A DNA stretch of 64,000 nucleotides. Origin: Nanobdellota archaeon (GTDB taxonomy: Archaea; Nanobdellota; Nanobdellia; Parvarchaeales; Parvarchaeaceae). The stretch spans positions 11,027 to 75,026 of the forward strand of contig JAJZIX010000002.1 of assembly GCA_021810345.1 (NCBI GenBank), written 5' to 3'. The notes under the pieces were generated by a model, which was not told the DNA's origin, made no database searches, and saw nothing but the letters and a program-made list of their open reading frames with translations. The position numbers were made by a program, and so were the translations under genes. The stretch's first letter is position 1. Each line of letters starts with the position of its first letter. Shown piece after piece: positions 19,194 to 28,668 of the stretch.

Positions 19194-20536
19194 CGTACGT
19201 CAATGAGTTCTTGAAGAAAGAGAAACCGGCCGATTATTACTCAAAGCTTCTGGAGGAGCTAGAGGAAAAAAACAACAAGTTTCATGCTTTCAATGTATTG
19301 AATAAGCGGATTTCGGATGGATTTCCAATCAGCGTAAAGGACAACATCTGCGTCAAAGGAATGGAAACGACCGCCTCATCGAAAATCTTAAAAGGATACA
19401 TCCCACCATTCAGCGCAACTGTGATAAAAAGGCTGGAGAAGGATGGTTTCAGCGTTCTCGGGAAAACAAATATGGATGAATTTGGGTTTGGTAGCTTTGG
19501 GATCAATTGCGAGGTGCCAGCAAGGAACCCGTTCGATGAGACGCGTGTGGCGGGAGGGTCAAGCAGCGGTGCTGCGGTGGCTACCTCTATAATGAAATAC
19601 CATGCTGCGGTTGCAGAGTCAACTGGCGGGTCGATAGCCGCCCCCGCTTCGTTCTGTGGGGTAGTCGGTTTCACTCCTACTTATGGGCTGATTTCAAGGT
19701 ATGGTCTGATAGATTACGCAAATTCGCTGGATAAGATAGGATTTATGGCACGGTCATCTGGGGATATACGTTTATTGATGAGTAAATCGGTGGGAGTGGA
19801 TCCAGCTGACACTACCTCCGTCGATGTTAAGCTGAGTGATGTAAAGAAAGAAAAAATTGTAGTAATAGACGAACTTTATGACAAGATAGACAAAAACATC
19901 AAGTTATCATTTGACAGCAGCCTCAGCAGGCTTTCAGCAGCGGGTTTTAAGGTGCAGCATGTCAGCATTCCGGAGATAGACTATTCGGTTCCGGTCTACT
20001 ATATAATCTCAATGGCTGAGGCATCGACCAATCTTGCTAAGTTTACTGGCTTCAAATATGGGCTGAAGGTTGATGATTTTTCGAAGGAATACAACGAATT
20101 CTTTACAGAGGCACGCGAAGCCTTCGGAGAGGAAGCCAAGCGTAAGATAATTCTTGGGACATTTATAAGGGGCGCAAGCGTTAGGAGCAAATATTATGAA
20201 AAGGCATTGAGGATAAGGCGGATCATAAGAGATAAGCTATCCAAAGTCTTGGATGACTCTTTCATTATCTCGCCTACGATGCCGGTATTGGCTCCGAAAG
20301 CAAAAGAAGCGGAAAGTTTTAGCCCTATCCAGAATTACTCGATGGACCTGCTCACAATACCGCCTAACTTGTGTGGGTTTCCGACGATTTCACTTCCATC
20401 AGATTACATCGATGGGCTTCCTGTTGGGCTGCAGCTCACCGGAGGGCAATTCGAGGATAATGGTCTAATCTCTTTTGGGGAACAGTGGGAGGACTCATTC
20501 AAGTACAAGTTTAAGTATAATATAGGTGAGCTATGA
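19190..20536 (+). CDS. gatA: Asp/Glu-tRNA amidotransferase subunit A (amidase signature family)
   Basis: 448 aa. Amidase signature GGSSSGAAVA...GGSIAAPASFCGVVGFTPTYG. Translationally coupled to gatC and gatB. Confidence 0.9.
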   Translation: MTYVNEFLKKEKPADYYSKLLEELEEKNNKFHAFNVLNKRISDGFPISVKDNICVKGMETTASSKILKGYIPPFSATVIKRLEKDGFSVLGKTNMDEFGFGSFGINCEVPARNPFDETRVAGGSSSGAAVATSIMKYHAAVAESTGGSIAAPASFCGVVGFTPTYGLISRYGLIDYANSLDKIGFMARSSGDIRLLMSKSVGVDPADTTSVDVKLSDVKKEKIVVIDELYDKIDKNIKLSFDSSLSRLSAAGFKVQHVSIPEIDYSVPVYYIISMAEASTNLAKFTGFKYGLKVDDFSKEYNEFFTEAREAFGEEAKRKIILGTFIRGASVRSKYYEKALRIRRIIRDKLSKVLDDSFIISPTMPVLAPKAKEAESFSPIQNYSMDLLTIPPNLCGFPTISLPSDYIDGLPVGLQLTGGQFEDNGLISFGEQWEDSFKYKFKYNIGEL

Positions 20537-21828
20537 AAATCGGTCTTGAGGTACATGTTGCTTTGCCCACACATTCGAAGCTGTTCTGCAGCTGTAGTAC
20601 AGCTGATGTAGATGAGCCGAACACGAATATCTGCCCGATATGCATGGGCTTTCCTGGTTCTAAGCCTTCGCTGAATGAAGAGGCCGTTAGGATAGCCAAG
20701 ACGATTGCGAATGCACTGAACTGCAAGATAAACCAGTCAATATCTTTTGTCAGGAAAGTCTACTTCTATCCAGACCTGCCAAAATCGTTTCAGATAACCC
20801 AACTTCAAGGCTCAATTGGATTAGAAGGAGAAGTAACGCTCTCCTCTTCCAAAGTACACATAAGGAGAATACAGATAGAGGAAGATCCGGCCAGGGTCAT
20901 AAGAGAAGCAAAGTACACACTGCTAGATTTCAATCGCTCGGGGATCCCTCTCGTTGAGATAGTCACCGATCCGGACATTGTCAGCGAGGATCAGCTGAGG
21001 GAGTTTCTGTTTGTTTTGAGGTCATTGCTTTACTATATTGGAGTTGACATAGATAAGGAGATAAAAGCCGATTTAAATATCTCCCTAGCAGAAAACAGGG
21101 TTGAGATAAAGAACGTTACCGGCATAAAAAATCTAGTGGATGCGGCAAGATACGAGATCAAAAGGCAGAGTGAAATAATAAAATCTGGTGGGGTGCCAGA
21201 GAAGGAGACAAGAAGCTATGATGAGAAGCCCCAGTCGACCATATCATCCAGAGAGAAGGAGAGCGATGAGGAGTATGGTTACATATACGAACCGGATCTG
21301 TCAGAATTTTCAGTTTCAGGGCTTACCGTGCCTGAACATATAGTCGATGCAAGGAAAGTCAGCAGGGAATTGGCCGAGAAGCACAATCTTGACTATAAAA
21401 CCCTTCTTGAGCTGATCGCATTCGACACAGAGGCAATGTCTTTGCTTAGGTATGGGCTTGAGAAAAGCGGTCTTCCAGCGGATGTTGTTGTAAACGCTTT
21501 GGAGGCGAAGAAAAGATTCGGGAAAGCCGTAAACGAAAAATCGCTTCCACTCCTAGCTGATTATATACAGAAGGGGATACAGATAGATCGTGATGTTATC
21601 ATGAGGATAGAGAAGGGGATGCCTCCTGCAGAAGTTGAAGTCTCAAATGAAGACACGGACAAGTATATAAAAGAAGAGCTGTCGGCAAATCCGGAGTTCA
21701 TAGAGAAATATAAGAAAAACCCAAAGGTTATTGATTTCATGGTGAACACTGTTTCCAGGAAGCATGGTATTCCACAGAAGAAAGTTGCGGACAGAATAAA
21801 GCATATATTGGCTGAATATCTTAAATAA
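20533..21828 (+). CDS. gatB: Asp/Glu-tRNA amidotransferase subunit B
   Basis: 431 aa. The N-terminus MKIGLEVHVAL...CPICMGFPGSKP is the GatB/GatE metal-binding signature. Confidence 0.9.
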   Translation: MKIGLEVHVALPTHSKLFCSCSTADVDEPNTNICPICMGFPGSKPSLNEEAVRIAKTIANALNCKINQSISFVRKVYFYPDLPKSFQITQLQGSIGLEGEVTLSSSKVHIRRIQIEEDPARVIREAKYTLLDFNRSGIPLVEIVTDPDIVSEDQLREFLFVLRSLLYYIGVDIDKEIKADLNISLAENRVEIKNVTGIKNLVDAARYEIKRQSEIIKSGGVPEKETRSYDEKPQSTISSREKESDEEYGYIYEPDLSEFSVSGLTVPEHIVDARKVSRELAEKHNLDYKTLLELIAFDTEAMSLLRYGLEKSGLPADVVVNALEAKKRFGKAVNEKSLPLLADYIQKGIQIDRDVIMRIEKGMPPAEVEVSNEDTDKYIKEELSANPEFIEKYKKNPKVIDFMVNTVSRKHGIPQKKVADRIKHILAEYLK

Positions 21829-21835
21829 CTCTAGC

Positions 21836-23626
21836 ATGGAAGTGGATTGTGGTAGGATAAGAGATCATGATATCGGCAAAGAAGTTGTTCTAAACGGCTG
21901 GTGTCGGTACATACGCGACCACGGTGGGCTACTTTTCGTAGATTTAACGGATAGATACGGCACCACGCAGCTTGTTTTCGAGGGTGCGCTGAAAAAAGAG
22001 GCGGAAGAACTGGGAAAAGAATATGTTATATCAGTGACCGGCGTAGTCGACAAGAGGGATAGTGACACAGTAGATGCGTCAAATCCGACTGGTACTGTCG
22101 AACTGCGCGTCAAATCCTTCAAAATAATCAACAAATCGAAAGTAATTCCGTTTGAGATAACAGAGGAGAAGGAAAAGTTCCTGCCATCCGATGATCTACG
22201 ACTTAAGTATAGGTATCTTGACCTGAGAAGGAAAAAGATGCTGAGAAATGTTGAATTCAGGGATAAGATCACAAAAACCATAAGGAAGTTCTTCTGGGAT
22301 GAGGGATTTCTAGAACTTGAGACTCCAATACTCGTAAAGGACACATACGATGCAAGCGGCTCAAGAACTTTCATAACTCCTTCAAGGATGCACAAAGGGA
22401 AGTTTTACGGCCTGCCGCAATCTCCTCAGGTGTACAAGCAGTTATCAATGATTGCCGGGCTTGATAAATATTTTCAGGTGGCAAAAGTCTTCAGGGATGA
22501 AGACCCAAGGGAAGACAGGCAGCCAGAATTCACGCAGATTGATCTTGAAGTGTCATTCAAAGACGAGAAGTACATACAAAACCTAATCGAATCAATGTTT
22601 AAGAGAGTATTTGACGAGGTAATGGGCGAGAAGCTTGAGGTCCCTTTCCCACACATAGATTACTTGGATGCGATGAGGATGTATGGATCAGATAAACCAG
22701 ACATGCGCTTTGACAATGTTTTATTCGACCTGACTGACGAGATGTCAAAAAGTGATTATAACATAATAAAGAAGGTAATATCCGCCGGTGGCAGAGTGAA
22801 AGCATTGAAGTTCCCTGCAGACATGGGCAAGAAATCACAGAAAATCGACAAGAAAAAGATACTTGAATTAGTGGAGATAGCTAAGAACCTTGGCCTTAAA
22901 GGCCTGACGTGGGTTTATGTCGTTGATGGAAAAATAGAGTCCGATCCGCCGTCGATTGCGGCTTCGCTTGCGGGGATAAGTGGGCAGATAATATCAAAGT
23001 TAGATGCACATGAAGGCGATTTGGTACTCATAGGGTCCGATCCATCGGAAAATGTCCTTCTGGCTGCCATGTCGAAGATAGGGAGGGTAGTGGGGCTGGT
23101 TTTGAGACAAACAAAGAAGAAGTATGCGTTTTTGTGGGTGGACAAGTTCCCTCTGTTTGAAAAGGATGAAGTCACGGGAGAGCTGCAGCCCATGCACAAC
23201 CCATTTGTTGCACCTACGGAAGAAACAGAGGGCCTCCTTGATTCAGCGCCAGAAAAAGTGCTCGGTAAGCGCTACGACCTTGTCTTGAACGGAATGGAAA
23301 TAGGAGGCGGCTCGCTCAGGATCCATAACCCTGATATGCAGAGGAAAGTACTGTCAAAAATGGGCCTGTCAGACGCCGAGATAGAGAGATCTCTCGGCTT
23401 TCTTATTGAGGCCTTGTCTTTTGGGGCACCGGTACACGGCGGGATAGCCCTCGGTTTCGACCGCGTTGTCGCTACATTGAGCGGTGAATATGATATAAGG
23501 GACTTTATACTGTTTCCAAAGAACAGGAAATTTGAGTCTCCGCTAGATGGTTCTCCTGATTATGTCAGCGACAAAAGGCTACAGGATGACTATGATCTTT
23601 CCGTCAAAAACGAGAAAAAAAGTTAG
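21836..23626 (+). CDS. aspS: Aspartyl-tRNA synthetase, bacterial type with a GAD insertion domain (probably non-discriminating)
   Basis: 596 aa. N-terminal OB anticodon-binding domain. Class II motifs FRDED...RQPEFTQIDLE and GGGSLRIHN...GFDRVV. A ~130 aa insertion (FDLTDEM...LVLRQ) corresponds to the bacterial GAD domain. Confidence 0.85.
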   Translation: MEVDCGRIRDHDIGKEVVLNGWCRYIRDHGGLLFVDLTDRYGTTQLVFEGALKKEAEELGKEYVISVTGVVDKRDSDTVDASNPTGTVELRVKSFKIINKSKVIPFEITEEKEKFLPSDDLRLKYRYLDLRRKKMLRNVEFRDKITKTIRKFFWDEGFLELETPILVKDTYDASGSRTFITPSRMHKGKFYGLPQSPQVYKQLSMIAGLDKYFQVAKVFRDEDPREDRQPEFTQIDLEVSFKDEKYIQNLIESMFKRVFDEVMGEKLEVPFPHIDYLDAMRMYGSDKPDMRFDNVLFDLTDEMSKSDYNIIKKVISAGGRVKALKFPADMGKKSQKIDKKKILELVEIAKNLGLKGLTWVYVVDGKIESDPPSIAASLAGISGQIISKLDAHEGDLVLIGSDPSENVLLAAMSKIGRVVGLVLRQTKKKYAFLWVDKFPLFEKDEVTGELQPMHNPFVAPTEETEGLLDSAPEKVLGKRYDLVLNGMEIGGGSLRIHNPDMQRKVLSKMGLSDAEIERSLGFLIEALSFGAPVHGGIALGFDRVVATLSGEYDIRDFILFPKNRKFESPLDGSPDYVSDKRLQDDYDLSVKNEKKS

Positions 23627-24723
23627 ATCCGCTCGCCGCACAGGCTTTCTGTCATCATTTTTATAATTTGATCGTATTTTTTGGTTATCCCGGTCACATA
23701 CATCAGCTTTACAATTGCATCCTCGTCATGGAGGCTTCCAAGGCCAACAGCGCCCGCTTCCTTCAGCTTATAGTTTACATCGTATGCGTTGCATCCCTCC
23801 AACTTTACTGCGCCATCATCGCATTGGGTACAGACAAAGACGGGTACTTTATTCTGAATTGAGTACTTTACACCATCGATCACCGAGTCTTTTTCTGTAT
23901 TGACTCCACCCGAGCCAAACGCAGAAAGGACAATCCCATCCACTTTGTCTTTTACTGCGCTGTACAACACATCTGAGCCCATGCCTGGAAATGCTTTAAT
24001 CAACCTCACATTTCTGTTGAAGCCGCTTGAGTACTGGTTTTTTGGCTTAGGTGATACGTTGCTGTCGATGTTTTTGTTTATGTATATCTCGCCGTCAAAT
24101 ATGAAACCTGCATATTCCTCGTTTATGCTTCTGAATGCATCAAGCTTGTCAGGAGATATTTTTGTCGCATTCATCCCGCTTATTACTTTTGATCCGAAGA
24201 CGATGTAAACGCCCTTCAGCTTGCTGTACCCTGCGACTGTAAACGCATTTGCCATGTTGCTTGGTGCGTCGCTGCCATCTTCCGATAAAGGCACCATCGA
24301 GCCGGTCATTATCACAGGTTTATTTATACCGCATAGAAGAAGAGAAAGTGCACTCGATGTATAGTGCATCGTGTCTGTGCCATGGGATATAACAAATCCA
24401 TCGTAAATATCGTCGTTCTCCAGAATATATTTGGAGATCTTCTCCCATTCCTCGGGGGTCATGTTTGAGCTGTCAATGGGCTTGATAAGATCATCAACTT
24501 TATTATAGTCTACAAGCTTGTCCAACGTAAGTGATCCGCAGTTTAATTCACCTTTGTTTGCTATTCTCAGCCTGCCGGTATTCTTATCTTTTATTTGGTC
24601 TATTGTTCCGCCGGTTCTTATCCAGCAAATCTTTGGCTTCTTTGGTCTTTTTTCTTTATCAAGAGGTGAGTAGTCGTGGAAGGAGATACCAAGAATTTTT
24701 GCAAATTCCTCCGCAGTCGACAT
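23623..24723 (-). CDS. L-asparaginase / GatD-like asparaginase-family protein
   Basis: 366 aa. Asparaginase motifs WIRTGGTIDQ and HGTDTM. A ~40 aa N-terminal extension makes it longer than plain type I asparaginase and shorter than canonical GatD. Confidence 0.7.
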   Translation of the reverse strand: MSTAEEFAKILGISFHDYSPLDKEKRPKKPKICWIRTGGTIDQIKDKNTGRLRIANKGELNCGSLTLDKLVDYNKVDDLIKPIDSSNMTPEEWEKISKYILENDDIYDGFVISHGTDTMHYTSSALSLLLCGINKPVIMTGSMVPLSEDGSDAPSNMANAFTVAGYSKLKGVYIVFGSKVISGMNATKISPDKLDAFRSINEEYAGFIFDGEIYINKNIDSNVSPKPKNQYSSGFNRNVRLIKAFPGMGSDVLYSAVKDKVDGIVLSAFGSGGVNTEKDSVIDGVKYSIQNKVPVFVCTQCDDGAVKLEGCNAYDVNYKLKEAGAVGLGSLHDEDAIVKLMYVTGITKKYDQIIKMMTESLCGERI

Positions 24724-24821
24724 ACACTATCAACAAAATTAGGGAGCAGCTTATATTTATGCCTTTTGTAGTAAAGTGATTATAGCGCAAGGTTTTTATA
24801 TGATAAAGCTTAGTTTAGCTT

Positions 24822-25385
24822 ATGAAAAAAGTAAAAATAGTGGGTATAGCAGGTAGCCTTAGAAAAGATTCATTCAACAGAGCTATTCTTAGAACCGTGA
24901 AACAAGTCACACCAGCCGATATCGATTTTGAGATACTGGATTTGGATGAGATTCCACTTTATAACCAAGACGTGGAAGCTGAGATGCCGGAAGCCGTAAA
25001 GGTACTCAAGCAAAAGATAAAGGGAGCTGATGCGGTCTTGATCGCTACGCCCGAGTATAACCGGTCCATTCCAGGCGTGCTTAAGAATGCCATAGACTGG
25101 GCATCAAGGCCGTACGAGGACAATTCTTTCGATGACAAGACAGTTGCGACAGTCGGTGCGAGTGGAGGGGCTATAATAGGTACTGCTGTGGCACAATATC
25201 ACTTAAGGCAGATATTCTCGTTTTTGAATGCGCATCCACTTGAGAGACCGCAGGTGTTTATAGCTGGCGCAGCCGACAAGATAAGCGAAGGCGCATTTGT
25301 AGATGAGGAGACAAGGGACCTGTTGAAGGACTTGATACAGAAGCTTGGCGAGTGGGCCATCAGACTGGAAAAAGGCAAGCAATAG
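24822..25385 (+). CDS. NADPH-dependent FMN reductase (flavodoxin-like fold)
   Basis: 187 aa. Has IVGIAGSLRKDSFNRA...LIATPEYNRSIPG. Confidence 0.8.
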   Translation: MKKVKIVGIAGSLRKDSFNRAILRTVKQVTPADIDFEILDLDEIPLYNQDVEAEMPEAVKVLKQKIKGADAVLIATPEYNRSIPGVLKNAIDWASRPYEDNSFDDKTVATVGASGGAIIGTAVAQYHLRQIFSFLNAHPLERPQVFIAGAADKISEGAFVDEETRDLLKDLIQKLGEWAIRLEKGKQ

Positions 25386-25387
25386 GA

Positions 25388-25777
25388 ATGGAAAAATCAC
25401 CATATCTACCCGGAAAATGCAATATCGATAAAAAAGAGGCCAACAAAAGGTACACTTTCGGTGCCATAAGCTTTTTGATAGCAGGGCTTTTCACAGCTTT
25501 GGTTGTCTTTCTAAAAGTATCAAGTTTGTGGGAAGCGATAGTATTTGTGCCAATACTTGCAGGTTTCATAGGGTTTTATCAGGGGAGATTGAGATTTTGC
25601 GTAAGAAACGCAAAGATTGGGCAGTATGAATTTCCATCGCTTGGTATCTCAGGTAAAGTCAGCAGCTTGAAGGACCATGTCATTGATTTGTCAAGAAGCA
25701 GGCAGATATTCCTCTACTCTTTCTTTTCATCGATTCTGGTCACTGTTATTTTGCTTCTTGCTGTAATGTATCTATAG
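25388..25777 (+). CDS. Hypothetical membrane protein (3 predicted TM segments)
   Basis: Has hydrophobic segments. The start was moved to the first ATG after the upstream stop; the ORF-track start at 25352 overlaps the FMN reductase. Confidence 0.45.
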   Translation: MEKSPYLPGKCNIDKKEANKRYTFGAISFLIAGLFTALVVFLKVSSLWEAIVFVPILAGFIGFYQGRLRFCVRNAKIGQYEFPSLGISGKVSSLKDHVIDLSRSRQIFLYSFFSSILVTVILLLAVMYL

Positions 25778-25948
25778 AGCTTCTGTAGTCGGGCGTGAGA
25801 CCTATTTAATCATACAGGATGAAGGTTTTCTGGGTCATCATTGGATAGTCAGTAATTCTGTGGCGCGATTCAAAAACATAGATGAATTTATGTGAAATGC
25901 TTTCTAAAATGAATTTAAATATGCAATGTTCTAAATATCTAGAGGCCA

Positions 25949-26107
25949 ATGGTAATAAGGGATAAGATAGGATACAAGTGCGAGATTTGCCTTCTGCACT
26001 ACAGGGATGAAGTTGATGCAAAGGCATGCGAAGACTGGGACAGGGCCCATGAAGCGTGCAATCTTGAGATAGCAAGACGCTCTTTAGAGGCATCAAAAGA
26101 AGCTTAA
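25949..26107 (+). CDS. Small putative zinc-ribbon protein (52 aa, below the ORF-track cutoff)
   Basis: Translation is MVIRDKIGYKCEICLLHYRDEVDAKACEDWDRAHEACNLEIARRSLEASKEA. It has a CxxC...C...C arrangement and sits in an otherwise empty ~380-nt gap. Confidence 0.35.
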   Translation: MVIRDKIGYKCEICLLHYRDEVDAKACEDWDRAHEACNLEIARRSLEASKEA

Positions 26108-26163
26108 AGAGCGCACACTCAACCCCCTTCAAACTTTATAAGTGATGCTGTGCTTATTTCTGG

Positions 26164-26382
26164 ATGATAACTGAAAAACTAACAAGAGGAAAGAAGGCGT
26201 TGCTGCTTTCCGTAACAGTGGTCTACTTCGTTGTCGGATTTTTCCTGATAGTGTTTCTTTTAGGTTACATAATTGGGGCAAACTATTCTGGTCTTTTGAG
26301 TCTGCTTTACTTGGGGGCCGGCTGGTACATATTAATAAAGAAGAATGGATTATTTAGAATAATGGGTGTAAAATATGAGTGA
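26164..26382 (+). CDS. Small membrane protein (72 aa, 2 TM)
   Basis: Has hydrophobic helices. Overlaps the start of the downstream FKBP gene by 8 nt. Confidence 0.4.
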   Translation: MITEKLTRGKKALLLSVTVVYFVVGFFLIVFLLGYIIGANYSGLLSLLYLGAGWYILIKKNGLFRIMGVKYE

Positions 26383-26926
26383 GCCGCAGGAGACGCAAAG
26401 AAGGTCTATAAGAATTAAGAAAAAGTATCTTGTTTATGCAGTTTTGGCTGCTGTAGTGATAGCCGTTGTGGCTTACTTTATCCCTAGTGGGATGGGCTTA
26501 GCGTTCGCAGACACTGTAGCTGCGGGAGATAACGTTAGCGTTTTCTATACCGGTTCTTTCACTAATGGCACGGTTTTCGGCTCTAATTTCAATACTACAC
26601 CTTTTAGCTTCATAGCTGGTTCCAATCAGACAATACCCGGCTTTAGTAATGCTGTAATCGGGATGAAAGTTGGGCAAACAAAGACAGTTACTCTTCCGCC
26701 GAGCGAAGCTTACGGCGAGGTCAATCCTAGTGAAATCATCACAGTCAATAAGTCTGTTTTTGTAAATTCATCCTCCATATCGGTAGGCGAGAAGGTCACC
26801 GGCCCAGGGGGCCAGTTGGGTATAGTAACAGCAATCAACAACACCCATGTAACTATAAATTTCAATCCGCCTCTTGCGGGCCAAACACTTGTATTCAAGA
26901 TCAAAGTGGCTAGGATAAATAAATGA
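26375..26926 (+). CDS. FKBP-type peptidyl-prolyl cis-trans isomerase with an N-terminal membrane anchor
   Basis: Has an FKBP domain (VSVFYTGSFTNGTVFGSNF...FIAGSNQTIPGFSNAVIGMKVGQ) and an N-terminal TM helix. Confidence 0.75.
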   Translation: MSEPQETQRRSIRIKKKYLVYAVLAAVVIAVVAYFIPSGMGLAFADTVAAGDNVSVFYTGSFTNGTVFGSNFNTTPFSFIAGSNQTIPGFSNAVIGMKVGQTKTVTLPPSEAYGEVNPSEIITVNKSVFVNSSSISVGEKVTGPGGQLGIVTAINNTHVTINFNPPLAGQTLVFKIKVARINK

Positions 26927-27161
26927 TCCGGTGCAGTCAACCTTTATCGATTCATTCCAAAGCGCATTTAAACTACATCAAGTCTGAAAACAGAGCTTTT
27001 GAACTCTAAAGAAGTTCTTCCAGATTTTCCATTTAGAGTCTTTATTATAACTATATTTAATCTGGTAAGCATTGCTGATATTTATACCAACGCTAATGTA
27101 CATATATATCGTACAATCCAAAGTAGCAAGGTTTATATATGAATAACTTATAGAAAATAAC

Positions 27162-28571
27162 ATGAAGAGTTCATTTATAGGTACAATAATAGCCGTTGTC
27201 GTTGTTATTATAGTGGTCGCTGCAGTCTTATCCTACATCTCAACTCATCCTTCTACTACTAAGCCGGTTACAACACCGCCGGTTACAACACCGCCGGTTA
27301 CAACGATAAGTTACTGGGAGGCTTACAGTCCATCTGAATTGAGCACCTTCAATAATAAGATCTTGCCATTATTTGAGGCGCAGTATCCAAATATAAAAGT
27401 AGTAGTAACCAACGTTGCTTTGAGTACTTCAAACTATGAAACGGATGCGGCTGCGCACAAAGCACCAAATGTATACTACGATTCAAGCAATGACGAGGGT
27501 CTTCTTTATGCGGGCGGATTTATACTAAACCTAAGAAATTATATATCAAATTCCTCTTACTTTAATCAGTTTACGAGTGGTACAATAGCTGCGGAGAGCT
27601 CAGGAACAGCGATGTTTGGCCTTCCGGTAAATGAGAACTCAATCCTCATGTTCTATGATAAAGCAGATTTTCCTAATGGGATAGCAAATAATACAAACGC
27701 TCTGATTACGCAGGTAGAAGCCATAAATAAGACAGGAGTGTGGGGCTTTGCATACGGTATGGGCGCAGACTATGGTTACAGATTCGCGGCATGGCTGCCT
27801 GGCTTTGGTACTTACATATTTGCAAATAAAACAACCGGACCAGTTACCCTAAACAACTCAGCGATGATAAATACACTGGAATTCTGGTATAATTTGACTT
27901 ACATAGATCATCTGAACGCCCCATTGGGATCTGGTAGCGGCGTAGCCGGAGCGAGTGGGCTCGAGGGATCACTATTCGAATCAGGTAAAGCTGCTATAAT
28001 ATTTGATGGGCCTTGGGACTTGGTTCCGCTTGTTAAAGCGCTGGGTTCAAACCTTGGTGCAGCTCCGTTACCGCAAGTTTCTTCAACAGGGAATTATTTC
28101 GCTCCATTAATTGGATCTGAAGGCATTGCAGTGTCTTCATCGCAGGCCAGTGGCGCATCAGCAGCACAAATTAATGCTTCAATACTATTCGCTAAGTTTT
28201 TAGCATCACCAGAGGCAGAACTTTTAATGTACAATGGGACCGGTGACCTGCCTTCCGACAGCGGCGCTTTGAACTCTTTGATAGCACAGGCAAATAAAGG
28301 CACTCTTCTGCCTGCTTTCGCCGCGGCTGAGAATTTGACGGCTTCAAGTTTTGATCCCGTAGAAGTGGGTATACTTGCCCAGGAGAGTGGTCACACATCT
28401 CCTACACCTAGTACGCCACAGATGAACTATTACTATAGCGGAGTTGCAGATATGCACACAGAGATGGGTCTTTATTATACTAATAAGACAATATCGGCAC
28501 CGGCAGTAGCAAGCTGTGTACAGGCTTTCATCGAGAGCAATTCCACGAATGTACTGGCTTCCTGCAGCTAA
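27162..28571 (+). CDS. ABC transporter substrate-binding protein, CUT1 (maltose/oligosaccharide) family, membrane anchored via an N-terminal TM plus a Thr/Pro-rich linker
   Basis: 469 aa. N-terminal TM, then a TTKPVTTPPVTTPPVTT linker, then a periplasmic binding-protein fold. First gene of the permease operon. Confidence 0.75.
   Translation: MKSSFIGTIIAVVVVIIVVAAVLSYISTHPSTTKPVTTPPVTTPPVTTISYWEAYSPSELSTFNNKILPLFEAQYPNIKVVVTNVALSTSNYETDAAAHKAPNVYYDSSNDEGLLYAGGFILNLRNYISNSSYFNQFTSGTIAAESSGTAMFGLPVNENSILMFYDKADFPNGIANNTNALITQVEAINKTGVWGFAYGMGADYGYRFAAWLPGFGTYIFANKTTGPVTLNNSAMINTLEFWYNLTYIDHLNAPLGSGSGVAGASGLEGSLFESGKAAIIFDGPWDLVPLVKALGSNLGAAPLPQVSSTGNYFAPLIGSEGIAVSSSQASGASAAQINASILFAKFLASPEAELLMYNGTGDLPSDSGALNSLIAQANKGTLLPAFAAAENLTASSFDPVEVGILAQESGHTSPTPSTPQMNYYYSGVADMHTEMGLYYTNKTISAPAVASCVQAFIESNSTNVLASCS
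27264..27305 (+). repeat. 15-nt tandem repeat (ccggttacaacaccg x 2.8) encoding the PVTTP linker
   Basis: Direct reading of 27264-27305. Confidence 0.9.
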
Positions 28572-28668
28572 AGCCCAAAATTTATTTGATTTGAATTTTA
28601 TTTTGTTGTTTTTGTAGTAAGGTAATACTAACCTAAAAGTATTAATGTGATTAAACGCTTTTATTAGG

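Noticed and set aside
25806-26132. 108-aa minus-strand ORF in the gap between the membrane protein and the 72-aa membrane protein
   Set aside because: No motif, Cys/Pro/Leu-rich low-complexity translation. A more plausible small zinc-ribbon ORF lies on the opposite strand in the same place.
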